Shown here: in pieces, positions 54,425 to 64,000 of the stretch | How positions within the stretch are numbered: position 1 is the first letter of the stretch | Layout of the letters: every line of letters begins with the position of its first letter | DNA from: Octopus sinensis | Lineage: Eukaryota | Direction: 5' to 3' | Length of the DNA stretch: 64,000 nt | NCBI RefSeq assembly: GCF_006345805.1 | Contig: NC_042999.1 | Coordinates: forward strand, 69,998,001-70,062,000 | Translations under genes and position numbers: made by a program | Notes under the pieces: model-generated | Told to the model about the DNA's origin: nothing | The model's database searches: none | The model's input: the letters and a program-made list of their open reading frames with translations, nothing else

Positions 54425-55095
54425 CTTTTACACGTTTCAGTCATTTGACTGTGGACATGCTGGAGCACCGCCTTTAGTCGAACAAATCTACCCCAAGACT
54501 TATTTCTTATAAGCCTAGTACTCATTTCATCGTTCTCTTTTGCCGAACCGCTAGATTGTCAAACGATGATGTGGGACAAACACAGACACACAAATATGTA
54601 CATATAGTAGAAGACACCTGCTCAAGGTGTCACGCAGTGGGACTGAACCCGGAACCATGTGGTTGGAAAGCAAGCTTCTTATTTCTCTATTGCTCACAAG
54701 GGGCTAAACATGAAGGGGACAAACAGGGACAGACAAAGGGATTAAGTCGATTAATTCGACCCCAGTGCGTAACTGGTATTTATTTAATCGACCCCGAAAG
54801 GATGAAAGGCAAAGTCGACCTCGGCAGACGAAATACCTATTTCTTTACTACCCACAAGGGGCTACACAAGGAGGAGACAAACAAGAACAGACAAACGGAT
54901 TAAGTCGATTATATCGACACCAGTGCGTAACTGGTATTTATTTAATCGACCCCGAAAGGATGAAAGGCAAAGTCGACCTCGGCGGAATTTGAACTCAGAA
55001 CGTAAAGACAGACGAAATACCGCTAAGCATTTCGACCGGAGTGCTAACGTTTCTGCCAGCTCGCCTTAGGAAAGCAAGCTTCTTACCACACAACC

Positions 55096-55098
<3 letters not shown>
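54425..55098 (-). mobile_element. SINE B interrupted by a dimeric SINE A insertion (54682-55068)
   Basis: 17-bp TSD GGAAAGCAAGCTTCTTA at 54665-54681 and 55069-55085. Confidence 0.9.
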
Positions 55099-55126
<28 letters not shown>

Positions 55127-55405
55127 TGTATGTATGTATGTATGCATGCATGTATGTATGTATGTATGTATGTATGTATGTATGTATGTATGTATGTATT
55201 ATGTATGTATGTGTGTGTATACCTACATATATATTCGGGTGTAAAGTTACATTAGTGACCCAAGGGCCGGTAGGTTGGGTACATTTCTCTTATCAAACAG
55301 AAACGTCTAATTTGATAAGAGCAGTGCACAAAACTCACGTCTCTGAAGTCATGCAATTTTAGAGCCGAATAAAATATGTGTGTATCTATCTTTGTGTGCT
55401 TATAT

Positions 55406-55461
<56 letters not shown>

Positions 55462-55499
55462 GCGTGTGTGTGTAGATAGATAGATACATAGATAGATAC

Positions 55500-55603
<104 letters not shown>

Positions 55604-55870
55604 CATCCTTCATTGTGAAAAATAGAAACTGGAAACTTTGAGTGATGATAAAAGGAAGCATCAAATTTGAATAAATGAATAGCCTAACTGCATGCGTTAA
55701 GTACATTTTTCTCCCGTTTGGAGATTTAACACACACTCGTGTGAGTGTATCTACGCACGCACTCTAATGCACATTCGTGTAGGCGTATGTTTATGTATGA
55801 TAGGGTATGGATATGTCTATATACATATACGTATTCTAATGTATGCATACGATGCATGTATATATATGCA

Positions 55871-55919
<49 letters not shown>

Positions 55920-55920
<1 letters not shown>

Positions 55921-56815
55921 AAAGACAATCTTAAATTAAAAATCATAAATCTTGCAATTATAGCTACCCAGGGTTTCCTTATCGAAATGATAATTTTTTG
56001 CGCCATTCATCAAGCTGAAAGCAAGACCGTTTGTCAGTTTTCTGTTGAGTAGAATAACGTTTAAAACAAGAGACACATTCTAAACAAGAAGACAAAAAGG
56101 AATAGCACAAGGCAGATAACCAACGTTACAATATTTTGATGTGATGCAAGCGCAACCCAGATGTTAATGCTTTACAAAGCGTCCGGTTATCTACTTTTAA
56201 ATTCCGACATGATGTATTTTTTGACATGTAAACATAAAGAAAAAAATCTCGTTCCTCGAATGTACGTATTCGTTGGAAGTTCTCAAGTCTTTCAATAGAT
56301 ACATAATTCCAAGCGAACACACTGAACATTTGTTAGATCCGTTAAATTAGGGTCTGGATTTAAAGAGGGTTTTCCCTTCGTTTTTAAGTTTCCAGATTAA
56401 AGCCGAAAGGGTTCATGAATATCTCTTATCACGGTGCCCAAAATTCGAAAGAGGGTTCTTATATCTTAATTTAAATTTTCTTTCCACAGCTCCGATATGA
56501 CGTTTGATATTTGTACGACCATTGTCGTAGTTTTCTAAAATCTAAGCTTCATAAGCAACGGAAGATATATCGCACTCCTGTCCTAGGGGACATTTAGATT
56601 TTCCTTTACGTCTACATCCAGGTCAGGCTTGAGTTTATGGTCTGCTCCACCCTTTCTCTCTTAATGTTAGGACAAATGTAGGTAGAATATTCTTGAATTT
56701 AGTAGATATTCACTTCCCTAGAACCCATAGATACAATAAAATCTTTAATAGACACACGATAAAAGTTACCTTTTTTATGCCCTCCTAATGTTAAGTCGTA
56801 TATCAATAAGCAACA
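55920..56815 (-). mobile_element. Penelope-like element remnant: GIY-YIG endonuclease plus inverted linker
   Basis: Minus 56620-56187: CRRKGKSKCPLGQEC..VAYEA..HIGAVERKFKLRYKN..TLSALIWKLK..CSVC..SRNEIF..CLH; plus 56638-56815: WSAPP/FSLNVRTNVGRIFLNLVDIHFPRTHRYNKIFNRHTIKV. Confidence 0.9.
55962..56016 (-). ncRNA. Hammerhead motif at the 3' end of the PLE
   Basis: AGC-TTGATGA...GAAAC-CCTGG-GTA-GCT; stem II degraded. Confidence 0.55.
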
Positions 56816-57557
56816 GACGACTCAAGCTGTGAACGTAAACCTTTATGCTCAACAAATGCAGCGAGTATAGAATGCTTTGAAAGCCCGCTACACGGCATTA
56901 ATCAATCGAAGACGCAACTCCTACAGCGTGACCATTCCACAGTACACTATTCTCCAGTCTTGGAAGTGCTGCTTCACCTTGCTTACAGACCAGATCTTAA
57001 ACCGTCAGATTATCACCTTTTTTGAGCCATGGCTCATTTCCTGCACAGACTGAGTTTCAGCAGTGTGGATAAGGTTGAAACCGGGTACAGGTAGTTTTTT
57101 GCCAAATGGTAAAAGTGTGGAATTTAGCTTTTGTCACGACGATGGCAAAAGACAGTAGAATATGAGGGGATATATTTTGAATAATACTTTTCGTATGTAA
57201 TTTGTTTGAACCGTTAATTAAAGCTTGGAATAAGAAAAAAATTTAAACTCAGCCTAGTATATATGTATGTATGCATGTATGTATGTACGTACATACATGT
57301 ATGTATGTATATATGTATATATTAGTATATATATATATTAAATTCCGAATGAAACGCAGCTCTACTAATGTAAACATTATCAGTCGCACATGCAGAATGT
57401 ATGTGTTTTGTTTACAGGCCAAAATTGCTGCGTGATAGCGTCCGGAGAAAGCTCCCTGCATGATGTTGAGTATTAAAGAACTCCTGAATGTCACAGACCC
57501 ATCCAGACAACCCGCCTCAAAATCACCGACAACAGTACATACCGATACTACACACAC

Positions 57558-57665
<108 letters not shown>

Positions 57666-58564
57666 TATATATATATATATATATATACACATAAGAGGCA
57701 ACTCCAGGTCATCAGCGTCACTCGGTTTCATCACAAATTTCGCATAAAAGCCTGCTCATAGAATTTCACATTTTCCCGCTTTATTTCTAGCTCCAAATGG
57801 CTAATTTCTTATATCTAGCACTATGTCTGTCTCTATTTCTAAATTAAGGGTAAAAATAAAGCAACCCCGCAAAACACAACTGATCTTTGCACACAGACAC
57901 ACAGAATAACAGCAAGCAAATAACGACAGCAGAGTGCACAACAAACATCAGCGATCTGACTGTCGCCTGTACTCTTGACAAGAGATGCCAGATAGTTTTT
58001 TTTACACCTACTAAGCTCGTTCGTATTAGCCAGAGTTACTGGATAAATTTTCGTTCCTTTAAGAATATTGTAAAAGGGAAACTTTTCATAGATTGGAATT
58101 TAAATACTAATCTCTACAGAAATTTATTGTTGCAAGAGAACATTGAAATTGAGTTCATTTTAATTTTTACGATTATAGATAACAATTGGTCTGTTATTAC
58201 TGAGTCCGAGTCAGGAACGTATGAACGATGTCAAGAGAACGTCTGCTACAAATAATATTCTTTGACACAGGGCACTTTTAAGACACCGTCAGACGCTGAA
58301 CGAAAATAAATGAACTGCGACCAGGCTCAATAAAAGGAACCCGAGTTATTGACTGAAATTACATACTTTAAGTCAGTGTTGGTAGAAACTATATCAGCTT
58401 GCAAATACACTTTACTAACTTATATCAGCTTGCAGATAACTTTACTAAATTTATACTACTCAGGCTAAGCCAGAACAGCCCGAGTACCGGAGTCGCCACT
58501 GATATATACATATAGGTGTGTATGTGTGTGTGTGTGTGTGCAAATATATATGCGTGTGTGTGTG

Positions 58565-58634
<70 letters not shown>

Positions 58635-59583
58635 ATATATATATACACAAACACACACACACACACACAAATATGTATGTGCATCCACATATATACACAC
58701 ACACAAACTTGTGTGGTGTGTGTACGCACACGCATACACACATATGTACTTTAAATTTCTCCCACACCAGCTTTCAGTCACTTTCCAGCGACATTAATTA
58801 ACACTCTCGACCCCAGACTTCATGTTGAATAACACGGCTCAGGGATTTCAGGGTTGGCGAGTTACTTGCCCTACTGTTTATACACCTAGCCAGCCGGAAC
58901 TTCACGGCAATCAAACGCTATCAACGTTATATTATATCATAATTACAACTGTGAATTTTCTTTCATCTCCAGATATGTTTTTTTTTGTTTTTTTTATTTT
59001 TATATAAAATATAGAATATATAAAACAGTCTATATACACCTATGAATTTTTTCAAACAATTTTATATATACCTCTCTCTTAGTGATTATTTCCTCTTGAG
59101 GGAAGTTTCTCCCCTTTTTATTTCTTAGCCTTTTTATTTCTTAGCAAACCCAATTTCTCTCTGCCTCTTAAACGAAAAACAACTGCACATGGCAGCAGCG
59201 ACAGTCACCAGTCAAATTCAATACGTGTATATATATATACACATATACACACATATATACATATCAACGCATATTTACGACAAAATAGCAAAGGTACTAC
59301 TAAACATATATAAAAACAAAATTATAACAACCTATCTATACACTACACACACACACATATATATATATACCTATGTTCACAATATATTCATATATGCATA
59401 TACATATATGCACACACATATATATGCACACACACATATATGCATATACGATTACATAAGATATATATGCATACATAGTCACATATTACATGCATATACA
59501 TACATAGATGTATAAAAGCTGAAACTTCGATATAATTGTCACCTTCCATTGTAAAAATAAAATGCTTGCCTTTTTTGTATATC

Positions 59584-59806
59584 TCTTACTCTTTACTCTT
59601 TTACTTGTTTCAGTCATTTGACTGCGGCCATGCTGGAGTACCGCCTTTAGTCGAGCAAATCGACCTCGGGACTTATTCTTTGTAAGCCTAGTACTTATTC
59701 TATCGGTCTCTTTTGCCGAACCGCTAAGTTACGGGGACGCAAGCACACCAGCATCGGTTGTCAAGCGATGTTAGGGGGACAAACACAGACACACAAACAT
59801 ACACAC

Positions 59807-59866
<60 letters not shown>

Positions 59867-59996
59867 CGACGGGCTTCTTTCAGTTTCCATCTACTCACAA
59901 GGCTTTGGTCGGCCCGAGGCTATAGTAGAAGACACTTGCCCAAGGTGCCATGTGGTTGGTAAGCAAACTACTTACCACATAGCCACTCCTGCGCCT
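59584..59996 (-). mobile_element. SINE family B, near full length, internal (TA)n/(CA)n
   Basis: Reverse complement of the 51664-52076 family. Confidence 0.9.
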
Positions 59997-60132
59997 ATAT
60001 AGTAACTGTACATAAAAACAAGCATTAATATATATGTCTGTATACGTATATGTATATGCACATAGACACAGACACACACACACACACACACACAGTCACA
60101 CGCACACATACAGACGCATACGCATGCACACA

Positions 60133-60188
<56 letters not shown>

Positions 60189-60259
60189 AATACATAGGTG
60201 CAAAATTAGGCGAGGAAAATAATACTCGAATACCAAAAGTAGAGTGAAATAGTAATTTT

Positions 60260-60398
60260 TTGAAGCTGAAAGACTTCACGAACTGTTACTCAGAGTTTCA
60301 CGTAATCGATTATCAGAGAACATACTACTTTATATTCATTGGTTGTGTAAAACTCCGAGTAACAGTTTATCAGTTTGTGAAGTCTTTCCAACTTCAAT
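60260..60398. repeat. Imperfect fold-back with a degenerate hammerhead (minus, 60283-60320)
   Basis: GAAAGACTTCACGAACTGTTACTCAGAGTTT vs AAACTCCGAGTAACAG..TGTGAAGTCTTTC; CTGATAA...GAAAC-TCTGA-GTA-ACAG. Confidence 0.65.
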
Positions 60399-60456
60399 GA
60401 AATACCATACATATGTGAGTACACACACGCACACATATATATAAACAAGCATGGGT

Positions 60457-60558
<102 letters not shown>

Positions 60559-61491
60559 TGATTGATAGATATAAACAGACATTAGTATTTATATAGATAT
60601 AGAAACATATACACATATGTTTGTATGTATGTGTGTGCGTTTGCGTGTGTGTGTGTGTGATAATAATATAAGTATGTATCTGTGTACATTTGTCTAAAAT
60701 GAAAACAAAAAAGATACAAAATGAAAGGTTTATGCTTATCGCAAAGCTGGCTAAAAGATCGCAGATCGCCCAGTTGACATCACACCGTACGAAGAACTGA
60801 AAATGTTTTTGGTTATTTGAAATGTTTTGTTTCCTTTAAAAATACACATCAGTAATGGCAATGTTTTGCAGTGACACGATCGAATAATTCCACTTGTACT
60901 TAAATTAATTTGCTTCTTCGATTCTTTTTAGTGACAAAGAATGGCATTCAGGGAATTATTGATATTTTATTCCTTGTTGTGGTGATGTTTGTTTTGGTTT
61001 CTGTGGAGTTTTTTTCCCCCTTTTATTTATTTATTATGATTTGGTCAAATGAAGAAAGGCAGCGCATCTGGTCTTTTGCATAGCGTTCAAAATTAGTGAC
61101 AGTTAACCTAAATGAACTCTACTAAAGACACCCAATGACCAATGACCGGATGATGGAATATTCAATAATCCAAGAACATGAACGTTTCCTTCTCCCTCCG
61201 ATGTGCTTCCTCGTAGTTTCCATCTATTAAATTATATTCAAAAGGCTTTTGGTCGTCCTTAAACACTGGTAAATGATATTTATCATGGATACCATTCAGT
61301 GAGATTGAATCGGAATCCACGTGGCTGCGAAGCAAACCACACAACCATACTTGTGTCTAGATTGTGGATCTGTTGTTCATAATCATCCTCGGTGTCCGGT
61401 GTGAGACACATTAACAGTCTACTTCTTGACGAACATGTGATCAGATGTTTCATTTGTTATAAAATTCATTAAAATGTTTTGGTATCTGTTG

Positions 61492-61548
<57 letters not shown>

Positions 61549-63109
61549 TGTGTGTGTGTGTGTTGTCGTTGTTGTTGTTGATGGCGTCTTTTAAACCCAG
61601 GTCAGATCTCATCTAGCAAGCCTATGATCACAACCATTCCAGTTATGACCATTCCATTTTTTTATATATAAATATCGAACATCATTATGCAATGTCTTTC
61701 TTTTTTTGAAACCGGTAGGAGATAGGACATAAGGGATATTGGGCTGTTATTTCTAGCAGGTGAAGTAACCATATAGAGAGTCCTTTGCTGACTTGCTAAA
61801 TTTTTGTAGCTTTTGGGTGGGAGGTTACTGGGTGCAGAAGACAAGCAATGCGTAGTGTGAAGATGTGAGTCCTTATACTCCAGGGACGATGTCCTTTTAA
61901 CAACTGTTGACTCTCCAAACTCTAGTTTTGTTCTAATTACTTTTAGGTTTGATTACAACATATTGACTGAGAACAGGAGTACAGGAGTACAAGAATACAG
62001 GACTACAGTAATTGTGTCTTATAATTAAAAAATAGTTAAGTAGTTGCCCATCGTTATTTAATTCCAAAACGGTTCTGACCAAATGTCTTCCAGCCATTAC
62101 CATCCGCGATTTTGTTTTGAAATATCATTTAGCACTTCCTTATGCAATGCATCCTTTTTTTTTAAAGACTGTTGGTTGTGATTCGGAGAATTCTAGCTGA
62201 TTGCATGACCACTTACATACCTTGTCGTTGGCTCCTGTATATATTTTTTTTAGTATGGATGAAAAACTGCCCTTTGAATTTGGAAACTCGTTCGTTGTGT
62301 CTGGTGGTGTCCTTATCATAAATAAAAATCATATCTTCTGGGAACGATATATGTTGACAGTTCTATTATTGTGTTCTAATTATATTTTTTTCCTGAAACT
62401 GATTTTATTTTTCGTTCGTAAGAGAGAAACTCACTCAAGTTAAACACTTTTTTTTTTTGTCAATGAACCACATATTTCTGATATGTATTTCATATAATAT
62501 TTTTCGAAGCTTGAATCATCTTCCACACATTTTACAGTCAGCATTTCACGGATTTTTGCTGCCCTCAACAAGCTAAAAGACAACCCAAAAACATATTCAG
62601 AGTGTATGATATTCCTTCATTTATAATTTGTTGTCGAATGGCTTCCATTTCCCCAATAAAATTAGTTATATGACAGCAATGCCCTTTTTTTATATATATT
62701 CCTTTATCTTTGCATGTCATTCCGGTGTAGATGAAAAAAAAAAACAATATTGAAAAACATTTCAACGACTCCATATTTCTTCATAATAACGTTGTACATA
62801 TAGCCATATAGCAGTAACGGTTCTTATTGGCGTGGGTGTTGGTGGTACTTACAGTGGCTATAGTAGTGGTGTTGTGCAGTTAATATTCGTTCGCTTGCAT
62901 ATGGAACAGTTGCCAGGCTAGCCTGAATGGTTTGACTGTTTGTTGTAAAAGTCTTTCAAATTCTAAGTTAAAAGTTTCACATTTTTTTCTTATCCGTTAT
63001 TGAAATTATTTCTTAATTGTTTCCTAATATTATCATCCAAAATTCTTCACATCCTATCAAGCACTATCTCTTATTTTAAACAATTTCCTTTAGATTCCTA
63101 CCATAAAGT

Positions 63110-63155
<46 letters not shown>

Positions 63156-63311
63156 TGTTGTTGTTGTTGTTGTTGTTGCCTCTGTCGTCATCGTCGTCGT
63201 TGTTCTCACGTAGCAGCCGAATTGAGAAAAAGATTTCCTACACAGTAGGGGAAATGATCCAGAATCGACCAACCTCTTATTGAAAATAACACATATAAAT
63301 AAAGTGGGAGT

Positions 63312-63409
63312 GAATAGAATGATAGAATATGTGAATAATAAAAGAGAGTGGTGAAAAGACGAATAGAATGATAGAATATGTGAATAGTAAAAGAGAGTGG
63401 TGAAAAGAC
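63312..63409 (+). repeat. 49-bp tandem duplication
   Basis: GAATAGAATGATAGAATATGTGAATA.TAAAAGAGAGTGGTGAAAAGAC occurs twice. Confidence 0.9.
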
Positions 63410-63687
63410 GTTTACTTTGAAAGTTGATCAACCTTAATACGAGTTCTCACGTTAAAACGTGTATCCAATTTCTCAACGGAAAACCACCTTGGGTGCAATA
63501 AAATTTATGAATAATTCCAACATTTTGCCAACATATGTATTAATAATGGCCGCCGGTAATTTCGGCATAGGAATTAACTTTCAATTAATATTTCACATCC
63601 AGTTTACTTTTACAGATAGTTACTATAATACACATGGCTAAGTTTCACGCAAGCAGTATCAGCACAAATCTGTGTGTGTGTGTGTGT

Positions 63688-63795
63688 GTGGCAGAATTGC
63701 TAGCACGCCGTTCTGAGTTCAAATTCCTCCGAGATCGACTTTGCCTTTCATCCTTTCGGGAACGATAAATTAAGTGAAACACCGGGGTCGATGTG
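63688..63795 (+). mobile_element. Deleted SINE family A copy
   Basis: Head and core motifs present. Confidence 0.8.
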
Positions 63796-64000
63796 GCTTT
63801 GTTTAGGATGAGGATCTCCTTGTCAAGGGAGTCCCCACACACTATGGCCCCAAATCCTTCTGCCACGGTACTATCTAGAGTCACATGCGATGTCAAGAAG
63901 ATGGGTTGCAACGGAATGCCGCTAGCTCCAATGTCATTAGAGCTACGCCTTTCTAGCCAGTCCGTCTGGCATCGCCCTCTTTTGCTAGGATCAATCGTTG

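Overview
Eukaryotic, AT-rich, microsatellite-dense DNA, almost entirely intronic or intergenic. The SINE families and repeat landscape resemble an octopus (cephalopod) genome; this is recognition, not a database result. Nearly all ORFs in the supplied track are translations of simple repeats or SINEs. One convincing host exon was found: a 135-nt phase 1-1 cysteine-rich EB-module-like exon on the minus strand (45044-45178). The rest is decayed transposable elements: three tRNA-derived SINE families, mariner and DD37D (maT) DNA transposons, Helitrons and a Helentron-like end, RTE, L1/Tx1, CR1/L2-like and R4/Dong-like LINE fragments, and Penelope-like elements (PLEs). The most interesting signal is a dispersed set of about 9-10 minimal type I hammerhead ribozyme motifs, one with a G3-C8 compensatory core swap. 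They sit in short PLE-like fragments beside (TA)n/(CA)n tracts, and several lie within a set of eight 120-280 bp fold-back palindromes. One hammerhead lies directly downstream of a PLE GIY-YIG endonuclease remnant whose 5' part is inverted. Coordinates were read by eye and may be off by a few bases.
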